64,000 bases of DNA from assembly GCA_965231055.1 (NCBI GenBank), contig OZ246411.1, positions 409,875 through 473,874 of the forward strand. The letters are read 5' to 3'. Shown here one piece after another: positions 27,695 to 37,290 of this stretch; positions within the stretch are counted from its first letter, which is position 1, and the number at the start of each line of letters is the position of its first letter. The notes below the pieces were generated by a model. It ran no database searches and had not been told where the DNA came from. It was given only the letters and a program-made list of their open reading frames with translations. Position numbers and translations under genes: made by a program. The stretch comes from an uncultured Candidatus Saccharibacteria bacterium. GTDB lineage: Bacteria; Patescibacteriota; CALEFQ01; G965231055.

Positions 27695-28919
27695 ATTTAT
27701 CTCCATATCATTATCTCCCAATGTGCAAAAGCAGGATATCTTTCTTGCTTCAAAGCTTTTGTTTTCCCCAAATAAAATAAATGGAGGTGCTATAGCTGAA
27801 TTTACAAATAAATTTAAAGAAAAAGTGGGTCTAGAAAGTGCCTGGACTCTAAACAGTGGGCGATCTGCTCTTATGTTACTGCTTAGGTCGTTATCATTAG
27901 ATTCTGATGACGAAGTATTGCTCCAAGCTTTTTCATGTAATGCAGCAGTAAATCCTATACTGTGGACTCCAGCAAAGCCAGTGTTTGTGGATATAGATGA
28001 TTCTTACAACATAGATCCCGAAGATTTGCTCAGAAAAATAACGGCTAAATCAAAGGTCGTGATAGTTCAACATACATTTGGTGTGCCTGCAAGGATGGAT
28101 GAGATTATGAAAATATGCAAAGAAAAAAATCTTTTTCTTATTGAAGACTGTGCGCATTCCCTAGGCGCTAAATACAAAGAAAAAACAGTGGGAACTATGG
28201 GAGATGCTTCGTATTTTTCTTTTGGACGAGACAAAGTGATCTCTTGTGTTTACGGAGGATTGCTTTCGGTGAAGGACGAAAAACTGGCAAAGAAGATTAA
28301 CGAAAAATATGAGGATTTGGAGTTTCCTTCTACTTCTTGGACTATTCAACAGCTACTGCATCCTATATTGATGAGTTTCGTGGTAAAGACCTATGCTTCT
28401 GGTTTTGGAAAAGCTTTGTTGGTTTTGTTTCAAAAAATTGGATTACTGTCAAAAGCGGTGACTAAGGGGGAGAGGATTGGAATAAAGCCCAAGTATTTTC
28501 CATATAAACTTCCAGATGCGCTTGCTCGTTTGGCAATAACCCAGTTATCAAGAATTGACGAGTTTAATGAGCATAGAAACAAGATAGCTAGTTTATACGA
28601 AGCATTTTTTATGAGTTCAGGCTTTGAATACACAAAACGAAACGACGAAGTTAATCCAAATTTTTATAGATTTACATTGAGACATAAAAAAGCTCATGAT
28701 ATTATAAAAACTTGCTGGAAAAACAATCTACTTATCGGTGATTTTTATACATCAGTGCTGATTCCCAATGGCACCGATCTTTCTATTTTTGGGTATCAAG
28801 AGGGAAGCTGCCCTAGGGCTCAAATTGCTTCGCAAGAAACCTTTAATTTACCTACTCATATCAATATAGGTGAAGTAGACGCTAAATACATATCAGATTT
28901 CATTAAGTCTCTAAACTAA
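27687..28919 (+). CDS. DegT/DnrJ/EryC1/StrS-family PLP-dependent aminotransferase
   Basis: LNSGRSAL, DDEVLLQAFSCNAAVNPI, FLIEDCAHSLGA, FSFGRDKVIS (candidate Schiff-base Lys). Confidence 0.8.
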   Translation: MNKFISISLSPNVQKQDIFLASKLLFSPNKINGGAIAEFTNKFKEKVGLESAWTLNSGRSALMLLLRSLSLDSDDEVLLQAFSCNAAVNPILWTPAKPVFVDIDDSYNIDPEDLLRKITAKSKVVIVQHTFGVPARMDEIMKICKEKNLFLIEDCAHSLGAKYKEKTVGTMGDASYFSFGRDKVISCVYGGLLSVKDEKLAKKINEKYEDLEFPSTSWTIQQLLHPILMSFVVKTYASGFGKALLVLFQKIGLLSKAVTKGERIGIKPKYFPYKLPDALARLAITQLSRIDEFNEHRNKIASLYEAFFMSSGFEYTKRNDEVNPNFYRFTLRHKKAHDIIKTCWKNNLLIGDFYTSVLIPNGTDLSIFGYQEGSCPRAQIASQETFNLPTHINIGEVDAKYISDFIKSLN

Positions 28920-29936
28920 ATGACGGTAAAGGAAATAACTAACAAAAAAATTTGGGATGAATTTGTTCTAAATTATCCCATAAAATCATTTCTTCACTCA
29001 TGGAGCTGGGGCGAGTTTAATAAAAACACAGAAGATAAAATTTTTAGATTAGGAGTTTTTGAGGGTGACAGTGTTTTGGGAGTGGCTTTGATTATTAAAG
29101 TAAAAGCCAAAAGAGGTACTTTTCTTTTTTGTCCTCATGGACCACTCATTGACTGGAATGATCGAAAACAATTTGGAGTATTGGTTGAATACCTTAAAAA
29201 ACTTTCCAAAGCAGAGAAGTGTAGTTTTGTGCGTATTAGTCCTTTGATTTTGGAAAATAGTGATAACCAAAAATTGTTTGGTAGCTTCGGTTTTAGGCCC
29301 GCTCCTATTCACATGCACGCTGAAATCACATGGACACTTGATATTAGTAAGTCAGAGGATGAGCTCATGAAAGAAATGAGAAAGACCACGAGATATTGCG
29401 TGAAAAGAGCAATCAAGGACGGGGTTAAAATCGAAATGAGTAAAAATATCTCAGATGTTGAGGTTTTTAATAATGTTCACAAGGCTACCGTTGAGCGCCA
29501 TAAATTTGTGCCTTTTTCACTTCATTATCTGGAGGAGCAATTCAAAGAATTTTCAAAAGAAGATGAAATTGTTGTTCTAAAAGCTAGTTATTGTGGGGAA
29601 GTGTTGGCGTCATCAATAATAGTTTTTTATGGAGAGAGTGCCTTTTATCATCACGGTGCCTCAACCAATAAATATCCCAAGATCCCTGCTTCGTACTTGA
29701 TGCAATGGGAAGCCATAAGGGAAGCAAAAAGAAGAGGTAAAAAAATCTACAATTTTTGGGGAATAGCTCCTACCGATAATCCAAAACATCCTTTTCATGG
29801 AATAACAACTTTCAAGATGGGATTCGGAGGTAGTCGTACTGATTACATGCATGCACAGGACTTACCACTAAGCTTTGGATATTTCAAGGCATGGTTAGTT
29901 GATACAGTAAGAAGTAAAAAACGAGGGTTCAAATAG
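28920..29936 (+). CDS. FemAB-family peptidyl/aminoacyl transferase (GNAT-like)
   Basis: FLHSWSWGEFNK N-terminus, RYCVKRAIKDGVKIEMS, two-lobed FemX-like organisation; start abuts the DegT stop. Confidence 0.75.
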   Translation: MTVKEITNKKIWDEFVLNYPIKSFLHSWSWGEFNKNTEDKIFRLGVFEGDSVLGVALIIKVKAKRGTFLFCPHGPLIDWNDRKQFGVLVEYLKKLSKAEKCSFVRISPLILENSDNQKLFGSFGFRPAPIHMHAEITWTLDISKSEDELMKEMRKTTRYCVKRAIKDGVKIEMSKNISDVEVFNNVHKATVERHKFVPFSLHYLEEQFKEFSKEDEIVVLKASYCGEVLASSIIVFYGESAFYHHGASTNKYPKIPASYLMQWEAIREAKRRGKKIYNFWGIAPTDNPKHPFHGITTFKMGFGGSRTDYMHAQDLPLSFGYFKAWLVDTVRSKKRGFK

Positions 29937-30018
29937 ATTTTCATAGACTTTTTTACTGACTCATATATGCTATATAATAGGAATTAAATAGTTCATTAAC
30001 ATAGGAGGGAGGATATTT

Positions 30019-30348
30019 ATGAGTAGTGATATGAGAAATCGATTGAGAGATTTGTGTGAGCTTATCGCTGAAGTGATAAAACAGGGGCATTTGGATTCAA
30101 ATGATGTGAGGCCCATTGAAAGATTCGAAGGCGCAGTCTCTATTTACGAGCTTGATTTCCCGGACAATCCTAATGGAAAAATCACTTTTTGGGTTAATCC
30201 TAACACGCAAAAAATAATGCAGATCGTTGTTTCTTGGAATGGGGAAACTTTCAAAACAGTGATGAAGTTCCAGGGTGGATCAATTAGGGGTGGAGAATTC
30301 TTTATCGAGCGGGTGAGATTGTCTCATGTCTGCGAAGATTTGTTCTAA
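30019..30348 (+). CDS. hypothetical protein (109 aa)
   Basis: strong SD AGGAGGGAGG; no recognisable motif. Confidence 0.6.
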   Translation: MSSDMRNRLRDLCELIAEVIKQGHLDSNDVRPIERFEGAVSIYELDFPDNPNGKITFWVNPNTQKIMQIVVSWNGETFKTVMKFQGGSIRGGEFFIERVRLSHVCEDLF

Positions 30349-30368
30349 TAGCTACTTAAGTTAGTTAA

Positions 30369-30396
30369 ACCGAGGCGATTTGTGTCTCGGTTTTTT
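30369..30396 (+). terminator. intrinsic terminator
   Basis: ACCGAG gcgatttgtgt CTCGGT + TTTTTT. Confidence 0.7.
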
Positions 30397-30436
30397 AATG
30401 AAAACTTGATATAATAAACAATAGTAAATTTAGTAT

Positions 30437-33319
30437 ATGAAACTAAACTCTCAACAATTAGAGGCAGCAGAGCGCAAGCGACCTGGGCCCATGCTCATAG
30501 TGGCTGGCGCTGGTACTGGAAAAACTCGTGTGATATGCGAGAGGTTTTCGTTTTTAGTAAAAAATGGATTAGCGAAAGAGCATGAGATTTTGGCGCTTAC
30601 TTTTACGGATAAGGCGGCTGGAGAGATGGAAGAGAGGATAGATGCTGATCTACCTCTTGGACACGACGAACTTAATGTTATGACATTTCATTCTTTTGGA
30701 AAAATGATTTTGGAAGAATTTGCTTTGCAGATGGGATGGAGTCCTAGGTTTAAACTCCTAACTTCTGGAGACCAGTATCTTTTGGTGAGAAAAAATCTTG
30801 ATAAATTCAATCTAAAACTATACAAACCACAAGGAAATCCCTCCAAGTTTTTGGAAGCCATGCTCAAACTTATTTCACGAGCCAAGGATGAAGAGATTGA
30901 TGCGGTTGAGTATTCAAAGTACGCCAAAAAACTTTCAGCAAGAGCGAAGAAAAATAATTTAATAAAAGACGAAGCCAGGCTACGAAAAGAAGAAGCAGAT
31001 TTTTACAATATTTATGAAGAGTTACTTGTAAAAGAGGGAGCTATGGATTTCGGAGACCTTATTATAAAAACTCTTATGCTTTTTAGGGAGCATCCTAGTG
31101 TATTGGAAAAAATCAGAAAAAGATACAAATATGTTTTGGTAGATGAATTTCAGGATACAAATACTGCGCAATACAAACTTGTAAAAATTTTGGCTGAACC
31201 CAAAAACAATATCATGGTGGTGGGGGATGATGATCAGTCACTTTATAGGTGGAGAGGGGCCGCGATATCAAATATTCTCAATTTCAAAAAAGATTATCCC
31301 AAATCTCATAGTGTGGTACTAAATCAAAATTACAGATCTACTGGTGCAATTTTGGATTTGGCTTATAAATCAATTTGCAATAACAATCCAAATAGACTCG
31401 AATGCAAAATAAAAATCAATAAAAAACTAAAGGCGATAAGAAGTGGCGAAAAACCAAGGCTAGTAGAGACACCTAGTTATCTAGACGAAGCTGAATTTGT
31501 GGTTAGCGAAATTCAAAAACTAAACAAAGAAGGCGCTGATCTCAAAGATATGGCCATACTGATTCGCAGCAATAGAATTGCGGAGCCATTTATTTCCGCC
31601 CTTGAAAGAAGTGGAGTTGATTATGATTTTGTTTCTGCGTCAGGGCTTTATAAAGAAAAAATAGTGCGTGATGCATTTGCGTATTTGAGGGCAGTTGCGA
31701 ATCCTGGAGATAATCTAGCTATTTATGCGATGCTGGAAAGCGACATATGGAAAATAGATACACTTGATCTCTATCGAATTTCCAGCTTTGCCAAGCGCAA
31801 AACCAAGGATCTTTTTGAAATTATAGCCAAGCCTAGTTATATAGATGGACTTTCGGATAAATCAAAATCAAAACTCTCAAAAATATTTTCATTTTTGGAA
31901 TCTGATCTCAAAAATTCTGAGAAAAAGGGAGCTGTGGACTTGGTTGTTCGTTATGTTAAAAATTCTGGTTACGATAAAATTTTAAGAGAAAGTGAGACAT
32001 ACGAAGATCGAAAAAGATTTGAAAATTTCAATTTATTTTTTAGGCAAGTGCAGGAATTTGAAATTGGTGGGAGCAATAGAAATGTGAAAGACTTTGTTGC
32101 AGAAATAGATATGGCGCTAGAAAGTGGGATAGACCCAGCGCCAGCAAATCTCACCGAGGATGTTGATTCGGTGAAGCTCACGACAATTCACAAGGCCAAG
32201 GGTCTGGAGTTTTCAGTGGTTTTTGTTGTGGGGTTGGTTGATGGTACTTTTCCTGCGAGAGAGCGCCCTGACACGATTGAGCTCGCATCTGAATTGTCTG
32301 AGCAAGAACTCGCTGAGACGAGCCATGCCGAGGAAGAGAGAAGACTATTCTACGTCGCTACTACTAGAGCCAAGGATAAACTCTATCTTACCTATGCTAT
32401 AGACTATGGTGGAAAAAAAGAGAAGAAGGTTTCTAGATTTATTAAAGAAATTTTGGATCAAGTGATTTTTGAAAAATACAAATCTCAAGATTTACCATGG
32501 GATATAGATACGAAAATTCAAACTAGTGAAGAGATAACTATAAAAAATAAAAAAGCGGAAGAAGTAAAATACAAACTTCCAAATGTTTTTAGTTTCACTC
32601 AGGTTTCAGCTTTTGCGCACTGTCCTTTGCAATACAAGTATGCCCATATTCTTGGACTCAAATCGCTAAAGCGCAGAAATTATGTTTATGGACAAAGTAT
32701 CCACGATGCTTTGAGATACTTTTTTGAAGCAGTAAAAAGCAAGAAAAAATATAGCAAGCGACTACTGCTAGATTTACTCAAAAAACATTGGATTAGTGAA
32801 TGGTATGAATCAAAAGCAGATGAAAAAGAAAGCTTTGAGCGTGCCGAAAATGATCTTGCAGGGTTTTACGAAGAACTAATTTTGGGAAATAAAGAATTTA
32901 CCAAAACTGAGCAACTATTTATAGAAAAAGAGTTCAAATTCAAAATAGGGGAGTTCAATTTTAGAGGCAAAGTTGATAGAGTGCAAAAACTTCCCAATGG
33001 AATTATTGAACTTATTGATTATAAAACTGGTACTTCCAAAAAATCTGAAACCCCCAAAAAGAAATTTGCTCAGCTATTGCTTTATGTGAAAGGAATAAAA
33101 GATGTTTTTGGTATTACTGTGGATCAGGTTACCCTGCAGTATATCGGGGGAGAGTTTGAAAAAGACACTATTAAATTACCATCCAAGCTTCTAAACAAAG
33201 TGCTTTCAGAAAGCGAGCAGACACTATCAAATCTATGTGAAAGCGATTTTCCTCCCAATCCAAGCAAGCACGAATGCAAATACTGTGATTTCAACATTAT
33301 TTGTCCATATAGAAAGTAA
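30437..33319 (+). CDS. UvrD/PcrA-like superfamily 1 helicase fused to a C-terminal RecB-family (Cas4/AddB-like) Fe-S nuclease
   Basis: Walker A VAGAGTGKT, DEFQDTN, helicase motifs; C-terminal IDYKTG (D-ExK) and a four-Cys cluster (CPLQYKY ... CKYCDFNIICPY). Confidence 0.85.
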   Translation: MKLNSQQLEAAERKRPGPMLIVAGAGTGKTRVICERFSFLVKNGLAKEHEILALTFTDKAAGEMEERIDADLPLGHDELNVMTFHSFGKMILEEFALQMGWSPRFKLLTSGDQYLLVRKNLDKFNLKLYKPQGNPSKFLEAMLKLISRAKDEEIDAVEYSKYAKKLSARAKKNNLIKDEARLRKEEADFYNIYEELLVKEGAMDFGDLIIKTLMLFREHPSVLEKIRKRYKYVLVDEFQDTNTAQYKLVKILAEPKNNIMVVGDDDQSLYRWRGAAISNILNFKKDYPKSHSVVLNQNYRSTGAILDLAYKSICNNNPNRLECKIKINKKLKAIRSGEKPRLVETPSYLDEAEFVVSEIQKLNKEGADLKDMAILIRSNRIAEPFISALERSGVDYDFVSASGLYKEKIVRDAFAYLRAVANPGDNLAIYAMLESDIWKIDTLDLYRISSFAKRKTKDLFEIIAKPSYIDGLSDKSKSKLSKIFSFLESDLKNSEKKGAVDLVVRYVKNSGYDKILRESETYEDRKRFENFNLFFRQVQEFEIGGSNRNVKDFVAEIDMALESGIDPAPANLTEDVDSVKLTTIHKAKGLEFSVVFVVGLVDGTFPARERPDTIELASELSEQELAETSHAEEERRLFYVATTRAKDKLYLTYAIDYGGKKEKKVSRFIKEILDQVIFEKYKSQDLPWDIDTKIQTSEEITIKNKKAEEVKYKLPNVFSFTQVSAFAHCPLQYKYAHILGLKSLKRRNYVYGQSIHDALRYFFEAVKSKKKYSKRLLLDLLKKHWISEWYESKADEKESFERAENDLAGFYEELILGNKEFTKTEQLFIEKEFKFKIGEFNFRGKVDRVQKLPNGIIELIDYKTGTSKKSETPKKKFAQLLLYVKGIKDVFGITVDQVTLQYIGGEFEKDTIKLPSKLLNKVLSESEQTLSNLCESDFPPNPSKHECKYCDFNIICPYRK

Positions 33320-33391
33320 TTGTTCGGCTTAAATTTTCGTGCTTTCAAAAAAATCATATTTGTTTTATAATATGAGCAAGGAAAATAGATT

Positions 33392-33769
33392 ATGAAAACA
33401 CAAAAAGATCGTTTTTCGCAATTGTTCTTAGCCTTTTTTATTATAGGGCTATTTGGACTAATTGCGCTGTTTTTTGTTTTTGATCCGGAGAGTGGTGTAT
33501 TCTGGCAGTATCTGGTTGTGTATGCCTTGCTTTCATTTGTTGTATTTACTGGTTTTACTTTTTTCGGACACAAAATTCGGCTTATCCGGTCTAGAACCGG
33601 AGCAAACTATGCCAACAAAAAAGACTCACTGAGGCAAGGTTTGTTTTTCTCAATATTTACGGTAGCCATGCTGGCGATGCAGGCCTATGGAGTTTTGTCC
33701 TGGTGGATTGCATTGATTCTCGTCGCAGTTATAGTGGTCGCTGAACTTTATTTTATAAGTAGAAGATAG
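33392..33769 (+). CDS. membrane protein (4 TM), hypothetical
   Basis: 125-aa ORF with four hydrophobic helices; -10-like TTTTATAAT upstream. Confidence 0.6.
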   Translation: MKTQKDRFSQLFLAFFIIGLFGLIALFFVFDPESGVFWQYLVVYALLSFVVFTGFTFFGHKIRLIRSRTGANYANKKDSLRQGLFFSIFTVAMLAMQAYGVLSWWIALILVAVIVVAELYFISRR

Positions 33770-33800
33770 CTTGTATTAAATAATTTTTTATAAATATTTT

Positions 33801-34820
33801 ATGAAAGATCAAATATCACAAATAAAAATAGAAGCCGAGAAGGACATAAGCGATGCCAAAGATTTGGACATGCTAGAAAAAGCAAGTCTCACGTATTTGG
33901 GAAGAAAAGGGAAGTTGCCCTTGCTTCTTAGGGGCATCAAGGATCTTTCTCCCGAAGAAAAGAGAGAAATAGGACCCCTTGGAAACGGAGTGAGAAAAGA
34001 AATCGAGGAACTCATTGAACAAAAGAAAAACGAGATAAAGAAAGCCTCTTTTGAGGGCGTGGGTGAAAAAGAGAAAATTGATATCACGGAGCCGGGGGAA
34101 AAAATTCTTCACGGGAGCATTCATCCTATCACGCAAGTGATGTGGGAAATTCAGGATATATTCAAGTCAATGGGATTTGAAGTAGTAGCTACTCCAGAAG
34201 TTGATAGTGAGTACAACAATTTTGAAGCATTGAACGTCCCCGAGGATCATCCAGCTAGAACTATGTGGGATACTTTTTATCTTGAAAACGGTTTGATTCC
34301 TAGAGTTCACACTAGCACTTTTCAAGGAAGAATTATGAAAGAAAAACAACCACCAATAAGAGCGATAAATATAGGCAGATGTTTCAGAAATGAAAGAACA
34401 GATGCTAGACATGGTCATACTTTTTATCAAGTTGATGGTTTTGTTGTTGATGAAAATATTTCTGTTTCAAATCTTATGGCAACTTTGTCTGAATTTTTCA
34501 GAAGACTTTTCAGGAAAGATGTAAAAGTTAGATTTAGACCTGGATATTTTCCTTTCGTTGAACCGGGGCTTGAAGTAGAGGCAGAATGTGTTTTGTGTGG
34601 TGGAAAAGGTTGTAGCGTATGCCATGGCACGGGATGGCTTGAAATGATGGGCTGTGGAATGGTACATAGAAATGTTTTGACCAAAGGCGGAATAGATCCT
34701 GATAAATACAGCGGATTTGCTTTTGGGGGAGGCATAGACAGGATAGTGATGCTTCGCAGTGACGTAAATGATATCAGATATTTTCATGAAGGCGATTTGC
34801 GTTTCTTGAAGCAATTCTAA
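33801..34820 (+). CDS. pheS: phenylalanine--tRNA ligase alpha subunit
   Basis: class II aaRS motifs (FRPGYFPFVEPG, GFAFGGGIDRIVM). Confidence 0.95.
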   Translation: MKDQISQIKIEAEKDISDAKDLDMLEKASLTYLGRKGKLPLLLRGIKDLSPEEKREIGPLGNGVRKEIEELIEQKKNEIKKASFEGVGEKEKIDITEPGEKILHGSIHPITQVMWEIQDIFKSMGFEVVATPEVDSEYNNFEALNVPEDHPARTMWDTFYLENGLIPRVHTSTFQGRIMKEKQPPIRAINIGRCFRNERTDARHGHTFYQVDGFVVDENISVSNLMATLSEFFRRLFRKDVKVRFRPGYFPFVEPGLEVEAECVLCGGKGCSVCHGTGWLEMMGCGMVHRNVLTKGGIDPDKYSGFAFGGGIDRIVMLRSDVNDIRYFHEGDLRFLKQF

Positions 34821-34855
34821 TTATAAATAAAAGTTGAATACTAATAATTGATAAT

Positions 34856-37267
34856 ATGAAGCTAATAAAATCCTGGTTAAAAGAATATATTCCTACTTTA
34901 GATCTTGAAACCAAAGAGCTTGTAAATTTGATTACCAAGCACATAGTTGAGGTGGAAGGAGTAGAGAGTTCTTCCGATATAAAAAATGTTGTTGTAGGTG
35001 AGGTCAAGGAAGTCTCCAAGCATCCCGGAGCCGATAAGCTGAGTCTATGCGTTGTGGATACTGGAGATGCTAGTTTTCGCAAGATTGTTTGTGGAGCTCC
35101 AAATGTAGCAAAAGGCCAAAAAGTTGTAGTGGCATTGCCAGGTTCAGTACTACCAGGGGGATTTGAAATAAAAGAGAGGGAAGTGAGAGGTATTACTTCT
35201 TTGGGAATGATATGCGCTGAAGATGAGCTAGGACTTGGTGACAATCACGATGGCATAATGGTTTTACCACTAGATGCCAAAGTTGGAGAAAGTGCTTTCA
35301 AATATCTTGGAAAAGGTTCGGGAGAAGAAGTGATAGAGATAGAAAATAAATCACTCACAAATCGCCCCGATCTCTTTGGGCATCTTGGTATGGCGAGAGA
35401 GATTGCGACTATCTCGGGATTGGAATTTGTTTCAAAAGATTTTGAAATGCCAAAGTTAAGTAGTGATCTAAATATTGATGTAAAAGTTTCAAGTGAAAAG
35501 TGCAATAGATATATGGCCCTAGCTATGGATGTAAAAGTTGGTCCTTCCCCTGATTGGTTAAAGGCAAAAATGGAAGCTCTGGGACTTCGTTCTATAAACA
35601 ATGTAGTTGATATTACAAATTATGTAATGTTTGATTCAGCTCAGCCTCTGCATGCTTTTGATTTGGATAAGCTTGCAAAAAAAGGCGACGATGTTTTGAT
35701 AGAAGTGAGAGAAGCCAAAGAGGGGGAGAGTATGCTAGCGATAGACGGAAAAACTTATAATCTGGGTAGTGATAATTTGGTAATAGCAGATGCAGAGGCG
35801 CCAGTGGCACTAGCCGGTATTATGGGCGGGAAAAATACAGAAGTGGGAGAAGATACAAAGAGGATAGTTTTGGAAATAGCTTCTTTTGATGGATCAAGCA
35901 CTAGAAATACCTCTATGCATTTGGGACTCGTTAGCGAATCTTCAGTGAGGTATGCGAGAAATCTGAGCCCATGGGCTGTGAACCTAGGGGTCGCAAGAGC
36001 GGTAAAGCTTTTGGTGGAATTGGCTAGCGCAAAAATCATAGGAGGTTCAAAGGAATATTATCCTAAGCCAGTATCAAATAAGCAAATAACTTTTTCTATA
36101 GCCTCTGCCAATAAATTTATAGGTCAGGACATAGGGATAGAAAAAATCAAATCAATTCTTACCTCGCTTGGTTTGGAAGTTTTGGAAAATGGAGAGAATA
36201 TTTCAGTCAATATTCCCGCGATACGAAGCGATCTAAATATCCCCGAAGATATTTATGAAGAGATTGCTAGAATTTTTGGATACGAAACTATAAATAGAAA
36301 ATATATTTCGGGAGAGCTCGTCCCTCCAAATGAAAATCTTTCATTGTACTGGGATAGGGTAGCCAAAACTTTATTGGAAGGTTTGGGTTTTAGTGAGGTT
36401 TACAATTATTCTTTTACAAGCGGAAAGTTGGTTGAGTCTTTGGGTATGGACACGAAAGATTTGCTCAAAGTAAAAAACGCCATAAGTCCTGAAAATGAGT
36501 ATATGCGCATGTCATTGATTCCAAACATGCTAACCGCAATTTCCAAAAACCTTAGGTGTTTTGATGAGTTTTCGCTTTTTGAAATGGGTAAGGTTTACTA
36601 CAAGACTGCTAAACACGAGGTAAACGATGGATTGCCCATCAATGAAAAAACTATGCTTCTGGGCGTGGTAGTTCGAAGTGAAACAGAAAAACAGGATTCG
36701 CTCTATAAATATGTAAAGGGGATCGTTGCTACTTTGACCAAGAAATTTGGAATTTCTTTGGAAAATATAAAATTCAAAAGATTGGATATAGAAAGTGCAA
36801 CTTTTCATCCAGGAAAAACCGCAATCATAGAGGCATTTGGAAAAGAGTTGGGATATGTAGGAGAGATTCATCCGGCGGTACTTGATACACTTAAAATAAA
36901 TTCAAAAGTTGGATTTTTTGATTTGAATTTTGAAAACTTGATGCTGGTTGCGAATGTGGTAAAAGATTATGATCCTATTTCAGAGCATCCATCAATCGAA
37001 AGAGATTTGGCTTTTGTGGTTGCCAAAGACATAGACTCAGAAGATGTCGCATGGGCTATCGAAGAGGTTGCAGGGGACGAAGCTCACGATGTAGAGCATT
37101 TTGATACATATGAAGGCAAAGGAATACCTGAAGGCAAAAAGAGTCTTGCATTTAGAGTTGTGTATCAGGATCCCAAACGAACTTTGAAAGAAGAGGAAGT
37201 TAACGAGATACACAGTAAAGTTGTAGAAATGCTTAAAACAAAATTCAAAGCGGAAATCCGCAATTAA
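34856..37267 (+). CDS. pheT: phenylalanine--tRNA ligase beta subunit
   Basis: 803 aa, tRNA-binding OB N-domain, B3/B4, B5 and FDX-ACB domains in order; follows pheS. Confidence 0.95.
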   Translation: MKLIKSWLKEYIPTLDLETKELVNLITKHIVEVEGVESSSDIKNVVVGEVKEVSKHPGADKLSLCVVDTGDASFRKIVCGAPNVAKGQKVVVALPGSVLPGGFEIKEREVRGITSLGMICAEDELGLGDNHDGIMVLPLDAKVGESAFKYLGKGSGEEVIEIENKSLTNRPDLFGHLGMAREIATISGLEFVSKDFEMPKLSSDLNIDVKVSSEKCNRYMALAMDVKVGPSPDWLKAKMEALGLRSINNVVDITNYVMFDSAQPLHAFDLDKLAKKGDDVLIEVREAKEGESMLAIDGKTYNLGSDNLVIADAEAPVALAGIMGGKNTEVGEDTKRIVLEIASFDGSSTRNTSMHLGLVSESSVRYARNLSPWAVNLGVARAVKLLVELASAKIIGGSKEYYPKPVSNKQITFSIASANKFIGQDIGIEKIKSILTSLGLEVLENGENISVNIPAIRSDLNIPEDIYEEIARIFGYETINRKYISGELVPPNENLSLYWDRVAKTLLEGLGFSEVYNYSFTSGKLVESLGMDTKDLLKVKNAISPENEYMRMSLIPNMLTAISKNLRCFDEFSLFEMGKVYYKTAKHEVNDGLPINEKTMLLGVVVRSETEKQDSLYKYVKGIVATLTKKFGISLENIKFKRLDIESATFHPGKTAIIEAFGKELGYVGEIHPAVLDTLKINSKVGFFDLNFENLMLVANVVKDYDPISEHPSIERDLAFVVAKDIDSEDVAWAIEEVAGDEAHDVEHFDTYEGKGIPEGKKSLAFRVVYQDPKRTLKEEEVNEIHSKVVEMLKTKFKAEIRN

Positions 37268-37290
37268 CTTTATAATTTAAAAAAACAAAA

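Noticed and set aside
33770-33800. T-box leader upstream of pheS, checked after finding one at thrS
   Set aside because: The intergenic region is only about 30 nt, so there is no room for a leader.
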